Virus record (IMG/VR): IMGVR_UViG_3300025407_000978 | Coordinates: 1-56,716 of that record | Strand: one strand, 5' to 3' | Source: a virus | Taxonomy: Duplodnaviria > Caudoviricetes | DNA: 56,716 nt | The notes under the pieces: generated by a model | Seen by the model: the letters and a program-made list of their open reading frames with translations, nothing else | The model's database searches: none | What the model was told of the DNA's origin: nothing | Position numbers and translations under genes: made by a program | Shown: piece by piece, positions 9,010-18,810 of the stretch | Layout of the letters: each line of letters opens with the position of its first letter | Numbering within the stretch: position 1 is the first letter of the stretch

Positions 9010-10031
9010 TCCTGAAGGGTTTTCCAGTACTGGTGCAATCTAAAACTAGCCAAATTTTTGGCTTTTGCTTCAACCATAACGTCGGCCCACTGCCAATGTC
9101 CATATGCCCAGTCATTTACTGCATCGTTCCACATATAATCGGAGTGTGCTCGCATCTTTTGCTTGTTTAAGCCTTGTTCTAGCAAGAGTTGATGATTGGG
9201 CAACGTTTTTGTAGAATGAGTTGATAGATATTCTTCGCGACTTACGCTGTAGTGAATGACAGGACGCACACCACGCCAGCTATCAACGATACGCTTAATA
9301 CGATCATCATTCGGTTCAATATACTCGCCGGTCATTACATAGTGATGGTGTATATCCAAAACCAAAGCACAATCATTGACCAGCTCTAAACTAGCATCTA
9401 GTCCCCATGACATCTCTTCATTTTCGATTGTGATAGCGTTACGTGCCTCGGGGCTTAGTCGTTTGTACGCATCACGAATACCTTGTGGACCTTTGCGACC
9501 ACTGATATGTACGTTGATTTTGATGTCCTGAAATGTTTTACCATAGCCCATCCAACGTGCCATGTCAACGTGCATTTCAAATTCTTCAATACTTTTGTCT
9601 ACAACCTCAGGGCGATCACTAGCTAACACAACGAATTGGTCAGGATGAAAGCTAAGACGTACATCATTGGCACGTGCAGTTTCACCAATTGGTGCCATCC
9701 AATGTTCAAGTAGATTTTGAATATATGGGGTTTTCCAAAAGTCACGGTAGTCTTCATGTGTGTAAAAACTAAACATATCGCTGGTAAGACGAACCATACG
9801 TAGTTCAGGAGGCAAAGTTGATATCCTTTTAACAAGATTATGTGTATTCATAATATTGTTTTTTGCAACATCAATGATTTTTTGCTCTACAACATCACGT
9901 TTGTTACGCTTTGCCCATGCCAAAGTAGTACCACCTGTATTGAATCCTTCAATACTGGCAATCTCGCCCTTTTTGTTGATTTCAGCTAGTTTACAAGCGA
10001 AACCAATACGTTTTACATTTTGATTGTGCAT
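9006..10031 (-). CDS. uvsE: UV-damage endonuclease
   Basis: RIGFAC, RLSFHPDQFVVL, IENEE, LDIHHH, HYS, AHSDY, VEAKAK. Confidence 0.93.
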   Translation of the reverse strand: MHNQNVKRIGFACKLAEINKKGEIASIEGFNTGGTTLAWAKRNKRDVVEQKIIDVAKNNIMNTHNLVKRISTLPPELRMVRLTSDMFSFYTHEDYRDFWKTPYIQNLLEHWMAPIGETARANDVRLSFHPDQFVVLASDRPEVVDKSIEEFEMHVDMARWMGYGKTFQDIKINVHISGRKGPQGIRDAYKRLSPEARNAITIENEEMSWGLDASLELVNDCALVLDIHHHYVMTGEYIEPNDDRIKRIVDSWRGVRPVIHYSVSREEYLSTHSTKTLPNHQLLLEQGLNKQKMRAHSDYMWNDAVNDWAYGHWQWADVMVEAKAKNLASFRLHQYWKTLQD

Positions 10032-10034
10032 AAT

Positions 10035-10068
10035 GATAAATAATACAATAGTTACATATTAAAGTCAA
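10035..10068. promoter_or_regulatory. Overlapping divergent promoters: sigma70-type (minus, uvsE) and late-type (plus)
   Basis: Minus strand TTGACT-17-TATTAT at 10040-10068; plus strand GATAAATA at 10035-10042. Confidence 0.55.
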
Positions 10069-10084
10069 GTTATAAGGAATAATC

Positions 10085-11299
10085 GTGGACATTCGTAATA
10101 TTTTACAACTTTTAAATGAAAATAGCAAGCCTCATATTTTAAGCCCAAATCTTGAGGTAATGAGCCTACGCCAGTTTTTGGATAGTGAACATCAAGATAT
10201 TGATGAGTCATTATTTAACGAAGAAAGCCCTAGCTTTTTGGGAGCAAAAACTGAAGAATTAAGTGACGAACAGTTAAAAGCATATCTTGACAGAATTTTA
10301 GGTAAAAAGAAAGAAAAATCAGACAAATATAACTTGCCCTATATACACAGCGGCAATGTCCCAATCGTAGACGAAAATGGTAAAGAATACGATTTAGATA
10401 AACTACGCGACCAAATTAAAGAACGCCCAAAAAAGATTTTAAAACAAAACGAAAAGATGCAACATAGCGATGGTACATCTACTATATACTTCAACGTTGG
10501 GTTACCTGCACTACGTGGTCTAGCAGTAAATGAAAATAATGGTGACTTTATTGTTGTTAATACTTGCCCACAAGCTGGTCAATGTAAATTATATTGTTAT
10601 GCTATGAAAGGTGGCTATGTACAATGGAAAAATAGTAGCATGGCACAAACACGTTTATTAAACTTTTTAGTCAATGACCCTGATGGTTTTATGCGTGAGT
10701 TAGATAAAGAAATTACCGAAGCAGAAAAGAAATACAACAAAAAGAAGACTAAAGTGGCAATACGTTGGCATGACGCTGGTGACTTCTTTAGCCCAGAATA
10801 TTTGAACAGTGCTTATAGTTTGGCTAAGAAACATCCAAACACAGATTTCTATGCTTATACAAAAATTGCCAGTGTTGCTCATTCGGCAAAACCTGAAAAC
10901 TTTAAAATCAATTTTAGTATGGGCAGTCAGCCAAGTCAAGAAAAACAAATTGACTACAGCCAAACAAAAAATAGCAGAGTTGTACCAAAAGAATTGTTTA
11001 GCGATTTAGTTTATCATCACAAAACACCAACCGGTAAAACAGATAAAAAAGGTAAAGAAGTATTTGATAGTGAATTGCGCTATAAAGACAAACAAAGTAT
11101 TAAAGCATTAAAAGATCGTATTGCCGCAAAATACAGTATGGATCCTAAAACAATACTTACATACGATGAAATGATGAAAACACCTGAGAAAAAAATAACT
11201 GATCCTAAAAAGATGTACAATGTTATTGTTAAACCAGGTGAAGGTGATGACAGCGCAAATCGCGGCGATGTGTTAAGTACATTATTATTGATTCACTAA
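10085..11299 (+). CDS. Gp88-like protein with a radical-SAM-like Cys cluster
   Basis: TCPQAGQCKLYCYA, IRWHDAGDFFS and FYAYTK motifs. Confidence 0.75.
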   Translation: MDIRNILQLLNENSKPHILSPNLEVMSLRQFLDSEHQDIDESLFNEESPSFLGAKTEELSDEQLKAYLDRILGKKKEKSDKYNLPYIHSGNVPIVDENGKEYDLDKLRDQIKERPKKILKQNEKMQHSDGTSTIYFNVGLPALRGLAVNENNGDFIVVNTCPQAGQCKLYCYAMKGGYVQWKNSSMAQTRLLNFLVNDPDGFMRELDKEITEAEKKYNKKKTKVAIRWHDAGDFFSPEYLNSAYSLAKKHPNTDFYAYTKIASVAHSAKPENFKINFSMGSQPSQEKQIDYSQTKNSRVVPKELFSDLVYHHKTPTGKTDKKGKEVFDSELRYKDKQSIKALKDRIAAKYSMDPKTILTYDEMMKTPEKKITDPKKMYNVIVKPGEGDDSANRGDVLSTLLLIH

Positions 11300-11300
11300 A

Positions 11301-11831
11301 ATGCGTATAGATGATGTATTGCCTACACCTAAACTGTACAAACTAGACGGTACATTACAATTACACATCGCCAAAGAAGGCAATAATCCACAAGTAAGTG
11401 AAGCCTTTCTAAAGCCAAGCATGCCAGGAATATTTTGGACTAGTACTGCTAAACAAAACAAAGATGGCAATTATAGCAGTGAGTGGAGTGATTGGTGTAA
11501 AGTTGAAATGCCTGAATGGTTTAATAATAAAGGTTTACTATTTCAAGTTATGCCAGGCGCAAGAGTATTACAAATGAATAATGATAATGAAGCCATAGAA
11601 ATATCTAAGTATTTCAATCATGGCGAACCAAAAAGTCGTTGGTGGCAGCACAGTGATGTTGATTGGTCACGCAACTTTCCATGGAAGAAGGTAGCAGAAA
11701 AATTTGATGGACTACATCATATACCAGGCAATCGTATTACTAACATATACACTGGTGCTTATGATGTTGAAAGCACAGTTTGGTTCAACAGATCACATTT
11801 AAAATTTTTAGGTAATGTAAACGTTACTTAA
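11301..11831 (+). CDS. Hypothetical Trp-rich protein
   Basis: 176 aa; FWTS...W..WC; DGLH; YDVESTVWFN. Confidence 0.7.
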   Translation: MRIDDVLPTPKLYKLDGTLQLHIAKEGNNPQVSEAFLKPSMPGIFWTSTAKQNKDGNYSSEWSDWCKVEMPEWFNNKGLLFQVMPGARVLQMNNDNEAIEISKYFNHGEPKSRWWQHSDVDWSRNFPWKKVAEKFDGLHHIPGNRITNIYTGAYDVESTVWFNRSHLKFLGNVNVT

Positions 11832-12660
11832 CACGTAGCAAATCGTCTAAACTATATAAGTTTACCATGTATTTGCTAACATCTTTTAATACACTTTCAG
11901 CAACGTCGCCATTACGTCTTGGACCATAGTTTAGTTTAATATTAAGGTTGTTAGTTGTCACAAAACGATCAAACATTTCTTTTACACTTATACCAATGCC
12001 ATGTCCTAAACTTTCAATACTATTACTTGGGTTATCGATACTATTCATTATAGAATGACAAATTTCCATGACATGTACATAATCACGCAAACATGTACCA
12101 TCTATAGTATTGTAATCATTTCCAAAAATTGTAAACTCGCCCGTTTTAGTAGAATTTAATAGATTGTAAAATAATCCATCTGGATTTGTAGGAGGATATC
12201 CATATGTACCTGTTACATTAAAAAATCTAAAAATAGTATAGTTTATTGGATTGTGAACAGTACAATATTCTTGTACAGTATATTCTGCCATACGTTTGCT
12301 TAATCCATATGGATTAGTTGGATCACTGGCACAACCTGTACTTGCAAATATAAAATGTTTAGTTGGAATTTTATTAATTACATTCATTGTACCATTGGTA
12401 TTTGTAATATAATAGATTATAGGTTTTTGTACACTTTCGTTTACACTTACCAATGCTGCTAAATGTATAACAGCATCATATGGATCAAGTTGGCCCGGTA
12501 TAGTAAAAAGTTGATTAATATCAACTTTGTAAAATTTATTTAATTGCACTTTTGGTTCAACAACGTCTAATCCATGCACATTATAATTATTGTCAACTAA
12601 TAACTTACATAAATGACTACCAATATATCCTGAACAACCTGTTACTAATACTGTTTTCAT
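11824..12660 (-). CDS. galE: NAD-dependent epimerase (UDP-glucose 4-epimerase-like)
   Basis: TGCSGYIGSH, HLAA, YGLSK, RFFNV, DGTCLRDYVHV. Confidence 0.85.
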   Translation of the reverse strand: MKTVLVTGCSGYIGSHLCKLLVDNNYNVHGLDVVEPKVQLNKFYKVDINQLFTIPGQLDPYDAVIHLAALVSVNESVQKPIIYYITNTNGTMNVINKIPTKHFIFASTGCASDPTNPYGLSKRMAEYTVQEYCTVHNPINYTIFRFFNVTGTYGYPPTNPDGLFYNLLNSTKTGEFTIFGNDYNTIDGTCLRDYVHVMEICHSIMNSIDNPSNSIESLGHGIGISVKEMFDRFVTTNNLNIKLNYGPRRNGDVAESVLKDVSKYMVNLYSLDDLLRVK

Positions 12661-12661
12661 A

Positions 12662-13999
12662 TTACCACTCAAATAATGATTCTTGTTCTTTAGGTTTAAA
12701 TAATGGATCTTTACTTAAATACGTGTTATCATCTGTGTACAATACATTAATAAACTTATACCTATTAGATAATACACTTTCAAAATCTTCTCTAGCTAAA
12801 TGTGTTCTGTTTAAATCTTTGATATAATCTCTATACAAAACTGTTTCGTGTGAATTAATTTTGGCAGTATTAGTATTGCTACGTTTGCCAACAAAGTTAT
12901 CTAAAAAGTTAACCCAAGCTATTGAAACAGATTCATCTAATTGTTTTACATATTCAAGGGCAGTATTATCAACAGTAGTATTATATAATGATTTAATTAA
13001 TTCACCCGCTTCCGCCAATGATGTTTTAGTATAATACTTATTATCAAAATTATCAGACCAATCTTGATTATCTAATACTACACATGGCATATGCCCCAGA
13101 CATTCTAAAAATGCAAATGGATAGTTTTCACGTAAACTAGGCATAAAAAACACACTACAGCTTTTTATAAAGTCTACTTTTTCTTGACCTGTAATACCTA
13201 TTTTAATTATATAATCGGTAATGCCTTGTTTTTCAAATGCTTTTTCAAACTTATTAGCGCCATTGCTATTAGTCATTACCCTACAAGGTAATCCACAATC
13301 TTTCATAGCACGAATATATGCTTCGGGATTTTTGCCTTCTTCCCAACGACCAATGAACAATACACCTTCTTTGTGTCCTGTACTGTGTTCTAAAAGACCG
13401 CGTTCGCTCATGGGCATTGGTAACAACACACAGTTTTTAGCGCCATGCTTAGTTAATTCATCAATATTTTTTTGACTTTGTGTGCCAATAATAATATCAT
13501 TAAATTCCATATGTTTGTTATAGAAATTATGATAACTATTTAAAAACACATCATTTCCCTGACTTTCACGAAAAATCATACTATGTAAATGTGTATAGAA
13601 CACAACGGGAATATATTGATTGATAGTCATAGCATATGCCGCAGTCATTGCCTCCTGTGTATTACATACAATCATATCATAAATGTTTTCTTCAAAAGCC
13701 TCTAATAACGCTTTGCGAAAATTTATAATCTTTTCAAAGTTAATAGTGTCACTAAATGCAAATGTAGCAGTATGGTCATTATAACGTAATGGTTCACTGG
13801 GATAAATGATATTACCCCCTGAAGATTCAATTACCTTATTAAAATTGCCAGTTGGTGATTTATCTAAAATAATATCTACCTTCCAATTTAAGCGACCGCA
13901 CATTTCTGTAAAACTTTTACAAAAACTACCAATGCCACCATGAGGTATAAAGTGCTGGTCACTAATCATAAATGCAATTCGTTTGTCGTATGTTTTCAT
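12662..13999 (-). CDS. GT-B fold (GT4-like) glycosyltransferase
   Basis: GGIG N-terminal loop, LFIGRWEEGKNP, MPSLRENYPFAFLE. Confidence 0.85.
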   Translation of the reverse strand: MKTYDKRIAFMISDQHFIPHGGIGSFCKSFTEMCGRLNWKVDIILDKSPTGNFNKVIESSGGNIIYPSEPLRYNDHTATFAFSDTINFEKIINFRKALLEAFEENIYDMIVCNTQEAMTAAYAMTINQYIPVVFYTHLHSMIFRESQGNDVFLNSYHNFYNKHMEFNDIIIGTQSQKNIDELTKHGAKNCVLLPMPMSERGLLEHSTGHKEGVLFIGRWEEGKNPEAYIRAMKDCGLPCRVMTNSNGANKFEKAFEKQGITDYIIKIGITGQEKVDFIKSCSVFFMPSLRENYPFAFLECLGHMPCVVLDNQDWSDNFDNKYYTKTSLAEAGELIKSLYNTTVDNTALEYVKQLDESVSIAWVNFLDNFVGKRSNTNTAKINSHETVLYRDYIKDLNRTHLAREDFESVLSNRYKFINVLYTDDNTYLSKDPLFKPKEQESLFEW

Positions 14000-14088
14000 A
14001 TTAATTAACTATATACCCAAATCTCTTTCTAATACTATTTTTGCATTTCTGTTTTGTATTTTCAATTACAGTAATATCGTATACTATT

Positions 14089-14934
14089 TTATGTACCCCA
14101 AGCGTTGCGGAAAAGAGGTACCTGAAGTCTATCACTATAACGCCAACCACGTTTCATGGCTGCTAGTGCTACATTCTTAGCGTTTAAGTTATAAACACTT
14201 TCAACACCACCAACAGGCATTAGATATACATGACCTTTGAAACCTGCGTCACGATACTGTTTAACTGCTCGTTCTGCATCAACAATATCTTCTTCTGTTG
14301 CTACAACAAACTTAAGATATGCTGTACCTACTCTTTCATAATCACGTACAACCTCAGGTTTAATCGCATCATTCCAACTCTCACCACTTGCTGGGAGTTT
14401 AGCACTAACACTGAATGTAACTTCTCTAGATTTAAAGTTACCATTAAACTGCCACATACGCAAGTAATGATAGAAGTCACTGGATAATTTTTGAGTTCCG
14501 TTAGTTTCAAAAGTAATTTCTTTTAATCCTGACATACTAGGATGATTAAGCAATTCTGGATATGCTCGTTGCCAACCTAATAATGGTTCTCCACCTGTAA
14601 TAACTAAGTGTTCGTCACGCCATTCTTTGTGCGGAAGTAACTCCGTAATCTGTTGTACAATGTTATCAGTAGTGAGCATAGGACTAAGATGCTTAAAACG
14701 AACGTCCCAGCTAGCATAGCTATCACAACCTGTACTAACCAAAGGAAGGGATTTGTAGTCTGTATATTGACTGGGATTAATGTTCTCAGCCTCTGCACTT
14801 AATTCTCCTCTAGGCATACCAAATCCGGCACACTTAAAGTTACAGCCGAATGTTCTTAGGAAGATACTGGGCACACCCATATATCCGCCTTCACCCTGAA
14901 TACTATAAAATAATTCTGCTACTTTTATACTCAT
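14089..14934 (-). CDS. queE: 7-carboxy-7-deazaguanine synthase (radical SAM)
   Basis: ELFYSIQGEG, FLRTFGCNFKC...CDS, ITGGEP, ETNGT. Confidence 0.92.
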   Translation of the reverse strand: MSIKVAELFYSIQGEGGYMGVPSIFLRTFGCNFKCAGFGMPRGELSAEAENINPSQYTDYKSLPLVSTGCDSYASWDVRFKHLSPMLTTDNIVQQITELLPHKEWRDEHLVITGGEPLLGWQRAYPELLNHPSMSGLKEITFETNGTQKLSSDFYHYLRMWQFNGNFKSREVTFSVSAKLPASGESWNDAIKPEVVRDYERVGTAYLKFVVATEEDIVDAERAVKQYRDAGFKGHVYLMPVGGVESVYNLNAKNVALAAMKRGWRYSDRLQVPLFRNAWGT

Positions 14935-14952
14935 TTTTGTATTATATCTTTT

Positions 14953-15633
14953 TTATTTGGGCTTGTCAATCTTTTTGATTTCCTTAAGTTTTTCTATCCA
15001 TAACTTATGGTATTCCCGTATCATAGGTTCATTAAAATTTAGTAAATTAAGTTTATCATATAATAATTTTATTTCTGAAACGGTGTGATCGCTGTTAAAA
15101 TAAATATCATTATCAAAATAATGTATTATATTATTCTTAGGTAATACTTCAATATCACCAAATTCACTGCTATCTCTGTCGTATCTCCATTTAATAAAGT
15201 TATTAGAATTAAAAAATAATATTATTTTTGCATTTCTCCACAATTGTATAATTTTTGATGCGTAAATATTATCATGTGCTACAATAAAAAACTTTAAATC
15301 TAATTGGCTAAGTAAAAAAATTTCAGGATTAAAGTCAAAATTTTTACATTCTTCCACTGAAGAATAAGTTATATAAGATTTACGATCTATTCCAAATAAC
15401 TGAACACACCCCAATCCTAAATCGTTCCAATGTTTTTTGACGTTGCTTAACTGGGTTTTTAAAAAGTTAAATTTTTCTTCAACTGTGAACTTACCCTTAA
15501 GTTGTTTTTTAACTAAAAGCCCAGACTGAAATACAGATTGGTCATTTAATCCTAAACAATTTACTAAAAATTTTCCCCCGGCTTCTTGAGGATAACATAC
15601 CATAACTAAATTTTCAGTATCAAAGTTCATCAT
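14953..15633 (-). CDS. Hypothetical protein (sulfotransferase-like N-terminus)
   Basis: VCYPQEAGGKFLVNCL; very AT-rich. Confidence 0.5.
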   Translation of the reverse strand: MMNFDTENLVMVCYPQEAGGKFLVNCLGLNDQSVFQSGLLVKKQLKGKFTVEEKFNFLKTQLSNVKKHWNDLGLGCVQLFGIDRKSYITYSSVEECKNFDFNPEIFLLSQLDLKFFIVAHDNIYASKIIQLWRNAKIILFFNSNNFIKWRYDRDSSEFGDIEVLPKNNIIHYFDNDIYFNSDHTVSEIKLLYDKLNLLNFNEPMIREYHKLWIEKLKEIKKIDKPK

Positions 15634-15848
15634 TGGAGTAATTCTACATATATTTGTTCTGCTTCTATTTGCCGTAATGCAAAAGTGTCATCACTAATCC
15701 TTACTGCAATTGGTCCCCCAAATGGGGCTTTAGAAACAATTCTAATCTTTGCATTTGCAACAAATCCTAAATACTGCAAATGCGTATTAGTATTACTTAT
15801 TATGATTGCTTGCGCATTAACTGGTAATTTATTGAGCGTTAATTCCAT
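15630..15848 (-). CDS. feoA: FeoA-family protein
   Basis: LQYLGF...I.IVSKAPFGGPIAV......ALR..EAEQI.V. Confidence 0.85.
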   Translation of the reverse strand: MELTLNKLPVNAQAIIISNTNTHLQYLGFVANAKIRIVSKAPFGGPIAVRISDDTFALRQIEAEQIYVELLQ

Positions 15849-16446
15849 TTAACCACCATATTAGTTGCTGTTTTGAATACTTTTTATTAATTACTTTGTT
15901 ACCTACTAAAGGTATTATTATTTGTTCGATTTCTGGAAAAAATTTAATCCAATCATGTCCGCAGTATATACCATTATCTTCTAATAATGGAAGCCATGTA
16001 TTTAAGCAAAATGTAGTTGCTTTTAAATCGTGATTACTACATTCAAGCACACACGTAAACTTTTTATCTTTTAATTCTATATGTGTGTTGGCTTCAAATA
16101 AATCACAACGAATTAAATTTATTTCTTTATACTTTTCACAATTTGATTTAGCAATATCAAAAAAATCTTTTGAAATATTAGGTTCTGAAAATAGGTCTAT
16201 ACTGTAAATTGTATATGACTTATTGTGCAACCTAAAAAGTTCAGCTAGAAATACAGTTGATCTGCCAAACATAGTGCCTATCTCAAACATTGTTCCTACA
16301 CTAGGTAGCATTTTAACAATATCGTTTAGTGCTAAAAATATACCATAATCACAGTGCCCGTTAATAGTGTTTTTATAAAAGATATTATTAAGATTGGGTT
16401 CTTCATTAATACGATTAACCCAGTCACTATTTGATTTTAGCTCCAT
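15829..16446 (-). CDS. Class I SAM-dependent methyltransferase
   Basis: EIGTMFGRST, SIDLF, GIYCGHDW. Confidence 0.75.
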   Translation of the reverse strand: MELKSNSDWVNRINEEPNLNNIFYKNTINGHCDYGIFLALNDIVKMLPSVGTMFEIGTMFGRSTVFLAELFRLHNKSYTIYSIDLFSEPNISKDFFDIAKSNCEKYKEINLIRCDLFEANTHIELKDKKFTCVLECSNHDLKATTFCLNTWLPLLEDNGIYCGHDWIKFFPEIEQIIIPLVGNKVINKKYSKQQLIWWLNGINAQ

Positions 16447-16655
16447 AATAATACCGCTAATGTAGACAAAGGGCATTCTTCATGAATACATATCCCATCT
16501 ATAGTTAATATACCATTTTCATCAGTAGAAGTATAAATCCATTTATCTCCGCAGGTACCAAAATTATCAGTCATCCAACGAAACATTTCTACTTTGTCAC
16601 GTACATTTTTTAGTTTGATGTTTACCACCAATTTTCCCAGGGAAACACACACCAC
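16437..16655 (-). CDS. Small hypothetical protein (true start probably GTG near 16628)
   Basis: Fills the gap between operon genes; W..DNFG..G.KW pattern. Confidence 0.55.
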   Translation of the reverse strand: MVCVSLGKLVVNIKLKNVRDKVEMFRWMTDNFGTCGDKWIYTSTDENGILTIDGICIHEECPLSTLAVLLWS

Positions 16656-17116
16656 TGTGGATCACTGACTTTGTTGATATCAAGCCCACTGTAATCTACA
16701 TCAAAGTTACAGGCTTCATTGTGTATACATACAGCAAACTTAACGTTATTGTGCCAAATTTTATCCCATTGTTCTGTATTATTTGGAAAACAACCACTTT
16801 GCCAATCTGTTTTAATAAAGTTAAATGAACTTCCTGTGTCGCAAATATCGTCAACAATTAATATGTTTTTGCCGTTGAAAGCATCTTCAGCCATCCACAA
16901 GTTGCTTTCGCTTTCTTCTTCATCACGCAAACTAACTTTTAATGTGTTCATGGGAATGTTCAAGTAGTGGCTAATCTGCACAGCAGGGATTAAGCCACCA
17001 CGTGTTAACCCAACAACATAGTCAGGTCTAAAGTTATCACTATGTATACCACGAATAATATTGTGTACATAATTATTGATATCTGTTGTTTTGTAATAAA
17101 CTTTAGACTGACTCAT
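16622..17116 (-). CDS. Purine (xanthine/guanine-type) phosphoribosyltransferase
   Basis: VGLTRGGLIPA, PRPP loop ILIVDDICDTGSS, WCVFPWE. Confidence 0.88.
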   Translation of the reverse strand: MSQSKVYYKTTDINNYVHNIIRGIHSDNFRPDYVVGLTRGGLIPAVQISHYLNIPMNTLKVSLRDEEESESNLWMAEDAFNGKNILIVDDICDTGSSFNFIKTDWQSGCFPNNTEQWDKIWHNNVKFAVCIHNEACNFDVDYSGLDINKVSDPQWCVFPWENWW

Positions 17117-17117
17117 A

Positions 17118-17543
17118 TTAGTTGACCTCTACATTTACACTACACTTACGTGTTTCTTCAATTTTAACTTTAACAAGTGTTACACCTGTGCCTTTCAACA
17201 TCATTGGGCCAACTGTATTGATTAAATAATCGCCCATGTTTTCTGCTGTTGGATTAAAGTCTACAACTACTGTACCTTCTGGGTCTAACTCTTTAAGAGT
17301 GTTTGACCATGGATCTTGACTCCATACTAAAAACTTGTGATCCCAGTTGTCTTCTAACCATACACAAAGTTTTTCTTTAATCACACTAAAGTCCATAACT
17401 CGACCAATATTGTCTAATGATGGAGCCTCCACTGTAAAATGAACTCTATAGTTATGCCCATGTAAATGCGCACACTTACTTTCATGTTGATAGACTCTGT
17501 GTCCTGTACTGAAATCGTGATATCTTTCTGCTTGTATTATCAT
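17118..17543 (-). CDS. queD: 6-carboxy-5,6,7,8-tetrahydropterin synthase
   Basis: GHR...CAHLHGHNY, MDFS, WDH, PTAEN, EET. Confidence 0.93.
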   Translation of the reverse strand: MIIQAERYHDFSTGHRVYQHESKCAHLHGHNYRVHFTVEAPSLDNIGRVMDFSVIKEKLCVWLEDNWDHKFLVWSQDPWSNTLKELDPEGTVVVDFNPTAENMGDYLINTVGPMMLKGTGVTLVKVKIEETRKCSVNVEVN

Positions 17544-17797
17544 AAATTAATTACCTTTATTACTCCATATTGAAACATTGTCGTCTGACAGTTAATTCTT
17601 TTAATTACACTGTTTACTAATTCTATCATTTTATTAGAATTTCCGCAAATGATTGTTAGTGGTAGTTTACCCTGATTCATGTAAATAAAATTCTCTACTA
17701 ACCTATCTACATTTTCATGTTTTACACCATGTAAATCTAGTTGTGTTATTGTGTTAGAATTTCCCACATTTCTTTTTTCTTTAAATCTTCTAGCCAT
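17540..17797 (-). CDS. Stand-alone Smr-domain protein
   Basis: LDLHG...IICGNS. Confidence 0.7.
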   Translation of the reverse strand: MARRFKEKRNVGNSNTITQLDLHGVKHENVDRLVENFIYMNQGKLPLTIICGNSNKMIELVNSVIKRINCQTTMFQYGVIKVINL

Positions 17798-17979
17798 TCT
17801 TCTTCTTCCGCAAACGTTGGTAATTGTTTTAACATATCACCCAGTTGTTTGTGTATCATATACATTTCTTGTTTAAGTGTCCATTGTGTAAACCCATCAT
17901 TATATGGGCTTTGAACTTCAATGTATAATTTGGTTAATGTACTTTCTAAATAACTCGTGTCTGGTTTGCGGTATCCCAT
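17746..17979 (-). CDS. Hypothetical protein
   Basis: Likely start MGYRKPD at 17979 with AAGGA upstream; SPYNDGFT motif. Confidence 0.7.
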   Translation of the reverse strand: MGYRKPDTSYLESTLTKLYIEVQSPYNDGFTQWTLKQEMYMIHKQLGDMLKQLPTFAEEEEWLEDLKKKEMWEILTQ

Positions 17980-17980
17980 G

Positions 17981-18106
17981 TTAATCCTTACAATTACAAT
18001 TGCGGCCTTGATTGCAATCACATGTGCAATCACTCTTAGGTAATAGTCTTGCTACTCTGATAAAGGCAGCTATTACAATTATCAATACAATGATATTACC
18101 TATCAT
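17981..18106 (-). CDS. Small membrane protein with Cys-rich tail (41 aa)
   Basis: Not in the track: MIGNIIVLIIVIAAFIRVARLLPKSDCTCDCNQGRNCNCKD*. Confidence 0.65.
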   Translation of the reverse strand: MIGNIIVLIIVIAAFIRVARLLPKSDCTCDCNQGRNCNCKD

Positions 18107-18126
18107 TCTTTCGTACTCAACATCGC

Positions 18127-18810
18127 TTAACCTAGGTCGGTTAAAGAAACCATCCGCATAAATTCTGCTCTTGCGGCTGGGTCAGTTTTGAATCCCCCAC
18201 CCAAGCGACTAGTCACAGTAGAGCTACCTGTATCTTCTACACCTCTGCTACGAACACAATAGTGTCTAGCATTGATTACTACCGCAACATCTTCAGTCTC
18301 CAGTATAAATTGGAGAGTGTGGAAGATTTGTTCGGTGAGTCGCTCTTGGATTTGAGGGCGCTTACTGAAATACTCAACAATACGGTTAATTTTTGATAAT
18401 CCGAGGACTTTTTGTTTGGGAACATATGCTACTGTTGCAAGACCATCGATGATTACAAAGTGATGTTCACAGTTGCTTTGCACACTAACATTACGCTCTA
18501 CAACCATTTCGTTGTAATTCATTTTGTTATCTACAGTTGTACACTTTGGAAATGCATCGTAGTCGAGGCCCCAAAATACTTCTCCGACATACATTTTAGC
18601 AACACGCTTAGGTGTATCTATTAAACTGTCGTCGGAAAGGTCTAGCCCTAATGCTTCCATAATATCCCTAAACTTGCGTTCAATGATTTCAACTTTATCG
18701 GTGCGACTCAACCCATTATCTACAGTAGGAGTTTCTACTCCCATCTTAACTAGATATTCATGCACCTGGCGACCTAATTCAGGATCACACTTGTTCTTAT
18801 TGAAGCTCAT
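18127..18810 (-). CDS. folE: GTP cyclohydrolase I
   Basis: TPKRVAKM, SNCEHH, GLSKINR, RPQIQERLT, HYCVRSRGV. Confidence 0.96.
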   Translation of the reverse strand: MSFNKNKCDPELGRQVHEYLVKMGVETPTVDNGLSRTDKVEIIERKFRDIMEALGLDLSDDSLIDTPKRVAKMYVGEVFWGLDYDAFPKCTTVDNKMNYNEMVVERNVSVQSNCEHHFVIIDGLATVAYVPKQKVLGLSKINRIVEYFSKRPQIQERLTEQIFHTLQFILETEDVAVVINARHYCVRSRGVEDTGSSTVTSRLGGGFKTDPAARAEFMRMVSLTDLG

